Shown here: piece after piece, positions 50,702 through 60,136 of the stretch | Position numbering within the stretch: the first letter of the stretch is position 1 | Layout of the letters: every line of letters begins with the position of its first letter | The notes under the pieces: model-generated | What the model saw: the letters and a program-made list of their open reading frames with translations, nothing else | What the model was told of the DNA's origin: nothing | Databases searched by the model: none | Assembly: GCA_022821965.1 (NCBI GenBank) | Contig: JAJECN010000035.1 | Span: 7,470 to 71,469, forward strand | DNA from: Candidatus Poribacteria bacterium | Lineage (GTDB): Bacteria; Poribacteria; WGA-4E; WGA-3G | Direction: 5' to 3' | DNA: 64,000 nt | Made by a program: the position numbers and the translations under genes

Positions 50702-52243
50702 TCAGCGTTGCTGTTCCGTATCTGATTTTAGTGCTTTAGCTTTTTGAAAATCCACCTGTGCGGCTTCCTCTTGCCCAAGTGCCTCTTTCGCACGCCCTCG
50801 ATCGTAGTAGACTTCGGCATAATTAGGATTAATCCGGAGAGCCGCATCAAAGTCATCTATTGCACCTTCAGCATTACCGAGAGCAGCTTTGGCAACACCC
50901 CGATTACCGTAAGCATAAGCATTCTCTGGATCCAATCGTATCGCCCGTGTGCAGTCTTCAACCGCCGACCTATATAATATCCGTGCCGCTGCCATAGCTC
51001 CCTGATCCGCTTTCGTTTTGCCAAGACGGAACCGCGCATATCCGCGATTGATGTACGGCTCAGCATACTCCGGGTATAATCGTATTGCCTGTGTACAGTC
51101 CTCAATCGCTGACGCATATAATGCCTGCGCGCCCGCTATGTCACCCTGACCTGCTTTAGATTCACCAAGGGTAGCCTTCGCGATCCCGCGATTGTTATAC
51201 GGATCAGCAAGTTCCGAATCCAGCTCAATAACTTGCGTCCAATCGTGAATCGCGCCTTGATAGTGCAGCTGTCCTTTGGCTACAGCGCCGCGATTCATTT
51301 CAAACTGACCGAGGCGGAACTTGCCGCCCGCGCGATTGTGGTAGGCGTAGGCATCTTCAGGGTTAAGTTTGATGGCTTGCGTGCTGTCTTCAATCCCGGT
51401 TTCATATAACTTCCGAGCTTTCTCCAGATTTCCTTGGGCGAATTCGATATCTCCAAGTGTGAATTTTGCGAGTCCTCGATTATAGTAAGCATCTACTTTC
51501 TCAGGGTTAAGTTTGATGGCTTTATCAAAATCAGCGACCGCTTCGTTATAGTGATTCGCATTGTATTTACGTTGTCCTTGAACGGAATAGATATAGGCAC
51601 GGATATGCTTTCGCTTACGCCACCGCGTCAAAGGCTCCGCAAGTCTTGATCGATCAATCAAAGTTCTTAGCGCGTTTGAAGGAATGGCGTAGCTGTAAGG
51701 ATCTTCTACGGCAGAAACGACCCCGATGACTCGTCCTTTACTGTTCCGAACTGGACTACCGCTGCTGCCACCAGCAAGATTTATTTTCATCTGAAGCCAC
51801 TTGTCGTTAGTGCGCACACGATGGACGATTCCTTGCGTGCCTCTGTACTTTCCATCCGGATAACCCGTGGCAATCACTGCGTCTCCTACGCCAACAGCAT
51901 CGCTGTTGCCAAGTAGAAACGGTACGCCTTCACCTATAACCTTTAAGACAGCAAGATCATTTCTAACATCAAACGCCATTACACCCTCAACACCCCAGAC
52001 CTTCTGCTTGTCAGCAGATTTTATGAAAATGGAACCGGGGTGCGCAATAACGTGAATGTTCGTCGCAATTTTGTCCGGTGCCACGAAGAAGCCACTGGCA
52101 GCCCCAAATCTACCTTCTACACGGACCACCGTAAAGTCGATTCCCTTTTCAGGAGCTTCAATAATCTGTTGGGGAGCCCGCGCACATGAGAACAAGAAAC
52201 TCAAAAAGAGCAAACCCAGTAAAAATATTCTGCTCATTTTCAT
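50702..52243 (-). CDS. Trypsin-like serine protease with TPR repeats (lipoprotein)
   Basis: TNIHV, NDLAVL and GSSGSP catalytic triad; AYYNRG-type TPR repeats; lipobox FSC. Confidence 0.9.
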   Translation of the reverse strand: MKMSRIFLLGLLFLSFLFSCARAPQQIIEAPEKGIDFTVVRVEGRFGAASGFFVAPDKIATNIHVIAHPGSIFIKSADKQKVWGVEGVMAFDVRNDLAVLKVIGEGVPFLLGNSDAVGVGDAVIATGYPDGKYRGTQGIVHRVRTNDKWLQMKINLAGGSSGSPVRNSKGRVIGVVSAVEDPYSYAIPSNALRTLIDRSRLAEPLTRWRKRKHIRAYIYSVQGQRKYNANHYNEAVADFDKAIKLNPEKVDAYYNRGLAKFTLGDIEFAQGNLEKARKLYETGIEDSTQAIKLNPEDAYAYHNRAGGKFRLGQFEMNRGAVAKGQLHYQGAIHDWTQVIELDSELADPYNNRGIAKATLGESKAGQGDIAGAQALYASAIEDCTQAIRLYPEYAEPYINRGYARFRLGKTKADQGAMAAARILYRSAVEDCTRAIRLDPENAYAYGNRGVAKAALGNAEGAIDDFDAALRINPNYAEVYYDRGRAKEALGQEEAAQVDFQKAKALKSDTEQQR

Positions 52244-52529
52244 AAACGGACACCTTAAAGGATAGAAAAGAGAATGTTATTGTAAACATATCTCATTGTG
52301 CGGATGGCACTTGTGAATGCGTTAGTGGGGTTTCAGAACATGCCCTGTTACCTATTATAACCTACACCTGCTGTCTCGTCAAGTTTCCCGAAGTTGTAAA
52401 ATCGAAACATGGCTGCTTATTTTCATTTTTAGTTATGAATCGCCTCGCTTTTCTTGAAAGAAATATGAATTTTTCAGAAACCCGAAGGTTAAACGCCTTT
52501 AGAGAACTCTGTAGGCACCGTAAAAAGAT

Positions 52530-52559
52530 TTGACATCCACCGACAGAGTGTGGTACAAT
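52530..52559 (+). promoter_or_regulatory. Sigma70-like promoter
   Basis: TTGACA-N18-TACAAT with a TG extension. Confidence 0.65.
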
Positions 52560-52570
52560 ACTTAACATAT

Positions 52571-52708
52571 ATGAATTCAAAACAGGTTTATCAGATGTTT
52601 TATCTCTCGCTTACCACATTGATACATGAAAATCGTCTTTGTATATTCATCGGTCTTGGTGCCGTGCTGACTGGTATTTCCATGTGTCGCGTAGGGGTGG
52701 GCTTATAA
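52571..52708 (+). CDS. Putative 45-aa leader peptide
   Basis: MNSKQVYQMFYLSLTTLIHENRLCIFIGLGAVLTGISMCRVGVGL* lies between the promoter and a terminator hairpin. Confidence 0.45.
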   Translation: MNSKQVYQMFYLSLTTLIHENRLCIFIGLGAVLTGISMCRVGVGL

Positions 52709-52742
52709 GTAACGGATAAAACGTTTCCGAATTCTACAACAC

Positions 52743-52798
52743 AACGCCCATCACTGAACGTCACAAAACGAGATTTCGGTGAGGGTGTTTTCTTTTTT
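52743..52798 (+). terminator. Attenuator-like terminator upstream of the DUF5916 gene
   Basis: AACGCCC-a-TCAC-TGAA ... TTCG-GTGA-GGGTGTT followed by TTCTTTTTT. Confidence 0.55.
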
Positions 52799-52867
52799 AA
52801 ACGACAATAACGTAGTGGAACCATGCGTGCAGACCAATCATTTAAAATCCTTAAAAGAGGAGAAAAG

Positions 52868-55018
52868 ATGCGTTACAGAGCCGTCCTTCTGATACTCGCA
52901 GCGATCACTGCGATGAACTTAAACGCCGAAGCGAGCAAAGAAATTAAGGCGTTGTTAACTCGGCAGGCAATCGAAATCGATGGACACCTCAACGAGGAAC
53001 CTTGGACAGAGACACAAGTTATTGACGACTTTACCCAACAATCTCCTGATGAAGGACAACCAATTACCGAACGTACAGAGGTTCGCATACTATACGATGC
53101 AGAGAAACTGTATATCGGTTTCGAGTGCTACGACTCCCAACCTGAAAAGATAGTCGCAAATGAGATGCGGCGCGATGGGAGACTTTGGCAAAATGATAAT
53201 GTTTATATCATGCTCGACACCTACGGTGATAAGCGGCAGTGCTTCTTCTTCCGAACGAACGCCCTCGGCGCGCTGTCAGACACCGCAGTCACTGATGGTG
53301 GCGAAAACCTCAACGGGAGTTGGGACTGTATCTGGGAAGCCGCTGGACGACAACACGATAAAGGATGGACGGTCGAAATCGCTATCCCCTTTAACCAATT
53401 GCGATTCAAGAAAAAGGATTCAATGGTATGGGGTGTGAATTTTGGGCGCAATATTGCACGGACGAATGTGACATCACAATGGATACAGGTACCCCGAAGT
53501 GAAAGCTGGCCCGGCACTTACCACCCGACGTATCAAGGCAAACTGATCGGATTAGAGGGCATCGCGTCGCCATCGTATTTTGATGTCAAACCGTATCTCC
53601 TCGGCGGTTTGGCGAGGAATCTTGAAGACGCAGATTGGCAGCGGACTACCGAGCGCGACCTCGGTCTGGATATGAAATACGGCGTAACGTCGAACCTGAC
53701 ATTAGATTTGACAGTGAACACCGATTTTGCACAGGTAGAGGCGGACCGGGAAGAAGTTAATCTTACACGTTTCAGTCTCTTTTTTCCAGAACGACGTGAA
53801 TTTTTCCTTGAAGGGAGTGGTCTGTTTGCGTTTGGAGCAGGCATCGGCGATTTTGGTCCTCCGCCCCTGTCGGTTTTTTACAGCCGACGCATCGGGATTG
53901 AAGATGAAAAACAGGTTCGGCTTCTTGGTGGCGGCAAACTGACCGGAAAAGTTGGAAATTACAGTGTAGGTGCGCTCAATATGACGACCGCCGCCTCAGC
54001 GGAATCACCGGTGACGAACTTCTCTGTGCTAAGGATGCAACGCGATATTCTCAGCGATTCAACCGTCGGCTTTATCCTTACCAACCGACAAAGCGACCTC
54101 GGCGATTATCATCGCAATGGAGGGGTAGACCTGTTTTTCAGACCTCACGATCAGTGGCGGATGCGCGCAATGACGGTTGGAAGTTGGTCTCCAGACCCAG
54201 ATGAACGCGATTTCGCATGGTATCTTTCAAATGACTGGCGCAATGATCACTTCCGTGTTAATGCCTCTTACCTCGACATCGGGCCCCAATTTACGAGTAA
54301 AATGGGGTTCATGCATCGGAGGGATATCCGCTCGTTAATGTTGAATGCCGATTATGAACTCCAAATCAGCCAGTACGGAATACGAGATGTTGGGGCAAAC
54401 TTCTCTGGCGGTTATCTGTTGGATCACGATAATAATCTCATCGGTTGGGATGTAGGCGTTGGTGGAGATATGATTTCGGAATCCGACGATGGACTCAACC
54501 TCGATTTCCGGCGGTTTTTCGATCGCGTTGAAGAATCTTTTAGTATCGGCGATGTTGAGATTCCCGCTGGAGATTACGAAATGAATCAGGTCTCACTGAC
54601 AACTTTCACCGAGACCAGTCGCCCCTTTGCTCTATTCGGACAGATGGATTACGGGGATTATTTTCATGGCGACCGTGTGAGCCTCAGCATTCAGAGTCAG
54701 TGGCGGATGACCTACCAACTCGCCATTGAAACGCGCTATCAACGCAATTGGATTAACCTACCTGAAATCGATCTATTCACAACAAATGTTGTCGGTACAC
54801 GGATTAGTTATGCGTTGAACACCCGTTTCTTTACTAAATTGTACGCACAGTGGAACGACAGTGCAGAACGGGCAAGCGCGAATTTCTTGCTCAATTATAT
54901 CTATCGTCCGGGGAGCGATTTTTACCTTGTGTTTGATCAAGGGTGGAACGCATCGGACGGCTTGCGAGATTATGAATGGACAGTCTTGAGTAAATTCACT
55001 TACCTGTTTAGCCTATAG
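52868..55018 (+). CDS. DUF5916 protein (CBM9-like domain plus probable outer-membrane barrel)
   Basis: IDGHLNEEPW, GWTVEIAIPF, LTVNTDFAQVEAD and FFPERREFFLEG motifs; C-terminal KFTYLFSL. Confidence 0.88.
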   Translation: MRYRAVLLILAAITAMNLNAEASKEIKALLTRQAIEIDGHLNEEPWTETQVIDDFTQQSPDEGQPITERTEVRILYDAEKLYIGFECYDSQPEKIVANEMRRDGRLWQNDNVYIMLDTYGDKRQCFFFRTNALGALSDTAVTDGGENLNGSWDCIWEAAGRQHDKGWTVEIAIPFNQLRFKKKDSMVWGVNFGRNIARTNVTSQWIQVPRSESWPGTYHPTYQGKLIGLEGIASPSYFDVKPYLLGGLARNLEDADWQRTTERDLGLDMKYGVTSNLTLDLTVNTDFAQVEADREEVNLTRFSLFFPERREFFLEGSGLFAFGAGIGDFGPPPLSVFYSRRIGIEDEKQVRLLGGGKLTGKVGNYSVGALNMTTAASAESPVTNFSVLRMQRDILSDSTVGFILTNRQSDLGDYHRNGGVDLFFRPHDQWRMRAMTVGSWSPDPDERDFAWYLSNDWRNDHFRVNASYLDIGPQFTSKMGFMHRRDIRSLMLNADYELQISQYGIRDVGANFSGGYLLDHDNNLIGWDVGVGGDMISESDDGLNLDFRRFFDRVEESFSIGDVEIPAGDYEMNQVSLTTFTETSRPFALFGQMDYGDYFHGDRVSLSIQSQWRMTYQLAIETRYQRNWINLPEIDLFTTNVVGTRISYALNTRFFTKLYAQWNDSAERASANFLLNYIYRPGSDFYLVFDQGWNASDGLRDYEWTVLSKFTYLFSL

Positions 55019-55059
55019 TGTTCACAAGGGAGTGCATTCCGTTAAACACAAATTCTCTG

Positions 55060-55089
55060 TTGATATTTCTTACGCGGATCGGTTATAAT
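55060..55089 (+). promoter_or_regulatory. Sigma70-like promoter
   Basis: TTGATA-N18-TATAAT. Confidence 0.5.
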
Positions 55090-55164
55090 GACAAGTATCA
55101 AATAGACTGTTTCGTTTTCGGTAAAGATTTCATAAACAGCAATCAAGAAAAAGGAGTTCGCCCC

Positions 55165-55671
55165 ATGCGAAAACAACAAATTGCAGCGAGTTACCAAAAC
55201 TTCCACGTCATTGCCCACGATTTGGACGAGACAGGCGACCTCAAAGCAGCATGTAAGGAAAAATTGGGCATAGGCGTTCGACTTGCTGATTGGAACGATA
55301 TCCTCGCCTATTACCGAGAAGGCGGTTCGCTGGAGGATTTCATCAAGGCTCTTGAGATACCGCTTGAGTATGTCAATCCCGAAGATGTGGACCCGATACC
55401 GAATACCGCCTATCGAATTTCAATGAACGGCGAACTACGATGGGAGGGAGATCGCCACTATTTCGTTGCGCGACACGATCACACCAAACGGGTAGGTTTC
55501 TTGTCCCACAACGACATTGATAATTACCGTCTAACGCTGGGTTCCTGGTTCGGTAAGGGAGGTTTTGCGCTCTGCTACGGAGACCCGGATAGCACTGTGC
55601 CACCCCCAGAACCAGATACTACCGAACCGGTGCAGACATCGGGCGGCTGAGGCTGAGGCTGAGGAGGCTAA
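55165..55671 (+). CDS. Hypothetical protein, candidate selenoprotein with C-terminal SGG-U-G-U-G-U-GG (conventional stop at 55650)
   Basis: RBS AAGGAG and ATG 55165; in-frame TGA at 55648, 55654 and 55660 alternating with Gly codons; TAA at 55669. Confidence 0.65.
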
Positions 55672-55700
55672 CGCAGTGGCGGTGCCATTGCTTATTTTTT
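55669..55700 (+). promoter_or_regulatory. SECIS-like and/or terminator hairpin
   Basis: TAA-c-GCAGTGGC-GGT-GCCATTGC-TTA followed by a T-tract. Confidence 0.5.
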
Positions 55701-55868
55701 CCCCGGTAAGTACGTTTACACAACGTACCTACCGGGCTGTTTTAATCAGAAATGAGATAAAGAAAATACAGCGTACGCTTCCGAAAATTGCGGTTAAAAG
55801 CAAAATATAATTTTTTTTGAATTTTATCCTGCCACTACGCAACTTTATTTATGAACCACCCTCATATA

Positions 55869-55922
55869 TATATTCCTGATAAAAGAACATCTAATTATAT
55901 TCCTGATAAAAGAACATCTAAT
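55869..55922. repeat. Perfect 27-bp tandem duplication
   Basis: TATATTCCTGATAAAAGAACATCTAAT occurs twice in tandem. Confidence 0.9.
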
Positions 55923-56084
55923 GAAACCGAATACCCGATTTATGTCGTATTATGAAAGTGGATTTCACCGTTTTTTTAATTTACATGGCGGCATATCAGT
56001 TTTGATATTTCGCATTTAAATCGACTATCATTGTGGGTATCAAAACATAGCACACTTTCAAAATTGAAAAGGAAATTGGTAAAG

Positions 56085-56651
56085 ATGATACAACCAGATA
56101 ACTTTGCATGCCACAATGTTCACTTGGAGACTGAACGCCTGAAACTTCGACCCTTTAAGGATGCCGATTTTGATACTGCTGTCCCTTTCTACAGAGATCC
56201 CGAATTTCTAAACGCGATTGAGGAATCTCCTCCTGACGAACCCGTGACAAAGGAGTATCTTAAAAAAGCCGGTAAATTCATGAGGGATAGCGGATTTCTG
56301 TTTGCAATTGTAGAAAAGGCAAATGGACGAGCCATTGGCGAGGTATGTCTGCAATGGATGAACTTGGAACGGGCGAAAATTGCTGGAGAAAAAATAATGC
56401 GTCTACCCATTGCGATTTGGGACAAGACCTTGTGGGGCAAAGGCTACGGAAAAGAGGTCGTGCGATGCTTGATGGCGCATGCGTTTGGAAAATTGGAAAT
56501 AGATCGGTTCTGTCCGGTGGACGTTCCGGTAGACAATGTCCGTTCACAAGCGTTATGGCGGTCGCTCGGACTCACTGTTTCACGAGAAGCGGACGGCGGG
56601 AAGATGTTGGATTTTGAGATCACACGCATAGAATATGAGAAAATCAACTGA
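56085..56651 (+). CDS. RimJ/RimL-type GNAT acetyltransferase
   Basis: LETERLKLRPF, WGKGYGKE and NVRSQAL motifs. Confidence 0.88.
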   Translation: MIQPDNFACHNVHLETERLKLRPFKDADFDTAVPFYRDPEFLNAIEESPPDEPVTKEYLKKAGKFMRDSGFLFAIVEKANGRAIGEVCLQWMNLERAKIAGEKIMRLPIAIWDKTLWGKGYGKEVVRCLMAHAFGKLEIDRFCPVDVPVDNVRSQALWRSLGLTVSREADGGKMLDFEITRIEYEKIN

Positions 56652-56691
56652 AGTGATGCTTGAATAGAACCCTAAATCACAGGAGTCTCCG

Positions 56692-58041
56692 ATGTTCAGC
56701 ATACAACTCGCGCAGCGCGCGGCAGAGAACAATCCGATCCGGGTCGGGATCATTGGTGCAGGAAAATTCGGTGCCGGATTGGTCGCGCAGCTTTCACAGA
56801 TGCAAGGCATGGTGGCAAGCGCGATTGCCGACATCAATTTGGAACACGCCATAAACGCTTATGCGGTCAGCAATGTCCCATCCGATGCAATCCTGCAAGC
56901 ACGAAATGTCAACGCGATGAACGATGCTATCCGCAGCGGTAAACGCGCAGTTACCGAAGACGGGATGCACATTATTCAGTCTGACCTGATTGATGTGGTT
57001 GTGGAAGCGACTGGCATTCCAGAAGTCGGTGCGCGAATGGCGTATCATACCCTCATGCATCGGAAGCATCTGGTGATGGTTAACGTCGAAACGGATGTTA
57101 CTATCGGTCCTTTCCTGAGATGCTTGGCAGACAACGCGGGAGTCGTGTATACGCTCGTCGATGGCGACCAACCCGGTGTAACGATGAACATCGTTGAGTG
57201 GGCAAAAACGCTCGGATTTGAGATTGTTGCCGCTGGACGCGGCACGGTGTTCTATGATGATGACCGCGCCGGGATACCAGACACCGTTCCAGAACGGTTC
57301 GGGTTCAGCGAAGAACTGATTGAGCGACGCACGATTAACTTCAAAATGTTCAATTCGTTCCGAGACGGATCGAAGGCACAGATTGAAATGACCTCCTTGG
57401 CGAACATGGCAGGACTACCACCAGACGTGCGCGGCATGCACGAACCATCCGTAGACATTGCGGACATCGCCGAGACCTTCAGTTTAAAAGAAGAAGGCGG
57501 CATTCTGAACCGCCACGGTGTCGTTGAACTCGCAAATAGCATTGCCAGGGATGGCAAGACGATGTTAGAAAACCCACTTCGGATGGGTGTATTCGTTGTC
57601 ATTCGGACGGATCATCCATTCACCCAAGAAGACCTCGCCAATTACAACCTGCATCCAGGCGGTAATGGCAAGAACTACCTCCTTTATCGTCCCTATCACC
57701 TTGTGGCTGTTGAAGCACCAATTTCGATTGCGAAAGCCGCCCTTTACGGACAACCGACAGGCGCACCGTTACCCACACCAGTGGCTGACGTTATCACGGT
57801 TGCCAAACGCGACCTGAAAGCGGGTGAAATACTTGATGGCAGCGGTGGGTATACTGTCAATGGACTGATTGAAAAAGCGGAAATTTCACGTGCTGAGAAT
57901 CTACTTCCCCTCGGCTTAACGGACAACGCGAAATTAAAATGCGATGTCTCCCAAGGGGAAGCGATCTCTTATGATATGGTGGCGTTAGATGAGGATGCCT
58001 TCGTCCTTAAACTTCGCCGCCTCCAAGACGCGACTGTCTGA
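56692..58041 (+). CDS. NAD(P)-dependent oxidoreductase with C-terminal SAF domain
   Basis: IGAGKFG, NVETDVTIG, GDQPG, YRPYHL and AKRDLKAGEILDGSGG motifs. Confidence 0.88.
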   Translation: MFSIQLAQRAAENNPIRVGIIGAGKFGAGLVAQLSQMQGMVASAIADINLEHAINAYAVSNVPSDAILQARNVNAMNDAIRSGKRAVTEDGMHIIQSDLIDVVVEATGIPEVGARMAYHTLMHRKHLVMVNVETDVTIGPFLRCLADNAGVVYTLVDGDQPGVTMNIVEWAKTLGFEIVAAGRGTVFYDDDRAGIPDTVPERFGFSEELIERRTINFKMFNSFRDGSKAQIEMTSLANMAGLPPDVRGMHEPSVDIADIAETFSLKEEGGILNRHGVVELANSIARDGKTMLENPLRMGVFVVIRTDHPFTQEDLANYNLHPGGNGKNYLLYRPYHLVAVEAPISIAKAALYGQPTGAPLPTPVADVITVAKRDLKAGEILDGSGGYTVNGLIEKAEISRAENLLPLGLTDNAKLKCDVSQGEAISYDMVALDEDAFVLKLRRLQDATV

Positions 58042-58048
58042 GAATTGA

Positions 58049-59065
58049 CTAATCCCAGGGATGCAGCACGACTTTACCGCACTCTCCGGTCGCCTGTAAT
58101 TCCCACGCCTTCTGTACGTCACGCATCGGGAAAGTATGTGTGATAAATGTGTCCAAAACTTCAGGTGAATCTTGGATTACCTTCATTAATTTTGGATAGA
58201 CACCAAGGTTGTAATGCCAATTCCCACGTAAGACTAAGCCCTTTCGAATCATGTCTCGGCTTGCTGCGAGCGGAAATTCGCCGCCTTCCCCAATGAATGT
58301 GACTTGTCCCTTTCTGCGGGCTGCGTCTACCATCAATCGATGTGCCGCAGATGCCCCTGAGCAATCCAATGCCTTGTCAATACCAATCCCATCTGTCAAA
58401 TCTCGAATTTGATCGAGAATATCCTCATCAGTTGGGTCCAAGACAACCTCTGCGCCCAACTTTTTCGCGAGTTCAGCACGATAGGGATGACTCTCTACAC
58501 CGATGACGCGCGCACCGCGATAGTGAGCATTGATAATACCGCCTAATCCGACAGGACCTAATCCGGTAACCATGACCGTATCCAATGAATTGACTTGCAT
58601 CTGTTCCATCGCGCCAAACGTCGGTCCCAATCCGCAGCACGCCATCCCAGCGTGTGTATAACTCACGTTATCTGGAATTGGAGATAAAAGGTCTTCCATT
58701 TTGTGCATATACTGCGCATACGTCGCTGAAGCGGGATCCGTACCGAGGACTTCCCGAATGTTCCGCCCTCCCATACAGTGAATATGTTCACCAATGGCAC
58801 ACATCTGGCATTTACCACAAGAGTTCTGTGGCTGCACTACCACGCGATCCCCAACCTTGACCCGACCGGGTTGTGCGACTTCCACAACTTCGCCAGCGGC
58901 TTCGTGCCCAAAATTTTCACCGGTGCCTCCATGCACAAACCCTTTATATTCCGTACACATCGGGACAGCATGGATTTTGACGACGGCGATATCTCCACCA
59001 GCGCGGGGATCCGGTTTGTCTACCACGCCCCCTTTTTGATCACCGAACATTGCTGCAACCTGCAT
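58049..59065 (-). CDS. Zinc-binding alcohol dehydrogenase
   Basis: GHEAAG, CGKCQMC.......C and GLGPVG motifs. Confidence 0.92.
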   Translation of the reverse strand: MQVAAMFGDQKGGVVDKPDPRAGGDIAVVKIHAVPMCTEYKGFVHGGTGENFGHEAAGEVVEVAQPGRVKVGDRVVVQPQNSCGKCQMCAIGEHIHCMGGRNIREVLGTDPASATYAQYMHKMEDLLSPIPDNVSYTHAGMACCGLGPTFGAMEQMQVNSLDTVMVTGLGPVGLGGIINAHYRGARVIGVESHPYRAELAKKLGAEVVLDPTDEDILDQIRDLTDGIGIDKALDCSGASAAHRLMVDAARRKGQVTFIGEGGEFPLAASRDMIRKGLVLRGNWHYNLGVYPKLMKVIQDSPEVLDTFITHTFPMRDVQKAWELQATGECGKVVLHPWD

Positions 59066-59300
59066 AAAAATGATAACAACCAAGGCTTCCCGCACCCCGA
59101 CGAAAACTGGCGGAGTTCTTATTCGCGGAAAGAAAGGTCTTCCTCCTTCTAAAATGTGTTAATACCATAGCATACGTAATGAAATCTATCAAGGCAAAAT
59201 TGATGTAATCCGCTCTAGTGTGTAAATATTTTATCAATAAATAGTCCTATTCTGAAGATTTAGCACCTAAGATGACGTGAGTTTAGGAAAGGGTTCTCTT

Positions 59301-59408
59301 TGTAGCATAACCTGTTAGGTTGTGCATCCAGTGCTGCCATCTAAAAGCACACTACAAACTTAAAAACAGAAGATCTTTACAGATGCACAGGCTAACAACC
59401 TATGCTAC
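59301..59408. repeat. REPIN (inverted REP pair)
   Basis: GTAGCATAACCTGTTAGGTTGTGCATC ... GATGCACAGGCTAACAACCTATGCTAC. Confidence 0.8.
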
Positions 59409-59700
59409 GGGTTATGTCAAAAAAAATCCAGCAATTGAATGGAAACCCTGATCTTTCCATCCGAAAATATTGACACACCCCTAACAAATTTAAAATTTTG
59501 ACTTATATATCAAAATTTACCATAATTTCACTTTAAGGCAAAGATAACGACTTGTGCTAATTAGCTTTGGGTTTTGAATAATACCATTCTTATGGGTAAA
59601 GGCAATACCCCAAAGGAGGCATACAGAGCCATTCACTTGTCAGTTTTTCGTGGGTGTTATCGGAGAAGTAGTGGCACGGAGATCTCTCTGACTGTGGTAT

Positions 59701-59725
59701 GTCGGGATTCGGAAATCCCTCCTAC
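59701..59725 (-). repeat. GTAG REP
   Basis: The minus strand reads GTAGGAGGGATTTCCGAATCCCGAC. Confidence 0.65.
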
Positions 59726-59880
59726 AGGAGAATTGAATGCCTCTTAGCACAAGGCGTATAATTTGTTTTTTCCTGAAAGATTATGGTATATTCTAATAGT
59801 TACATTAAGACCTTTATAACTTTTAACTTTACAAAATATAAAAAATTGTTTATTGTGACTATAACGCTAGTGGTTTCCAC

Positions 59881-59913
59881 TTGTAGCACACAGACGAACA
59901 GTCTACGCTACAA
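59881..59913. repeat. REP-derived hairpin
   Basis: TTGTAGC-acacAGACgaacaGTCTac-GCTACAA. Confidence 0.55.
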
Positions 59914-60136
59914 AACTCCTGCGAAGAACAGCCCTCTTTCAATGAAAAACGGTGTCTGCACACCTAAAATCTCGTAGGTAGCAACTTGGGTTAATTAGCA
60001 CAAGGCGTAAAGATAATGTGTTAATAGCAAAGTGTAATCGTTTGATACGTAAATTCATTATCTAAACATGCCTTCATCTGCTAAATTTGCGTAAACCTTG
60101 TTTCTCATGAAAACATTTCAACAACAAAGGAGAATT

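Noticed and set aside
55018-55164. N-terminal extension of the 55018 ORF, and similar extensions at 4059, 15472, 28402, 33082 and 60098
   Set aside because: Downstream ATGs have better RBSs, and the extensions overlap promoters or neighbouring genes.
55869-55922. Possible CRISPR repeats
   Set aside because: There are only two copies with no spacer, and no cas genes.
59527-59640. c-di-GMP-I riboswitch suggested by GGCAAA motifs
   Set aside because: I could not build the required stems or tetraloop/receptor.
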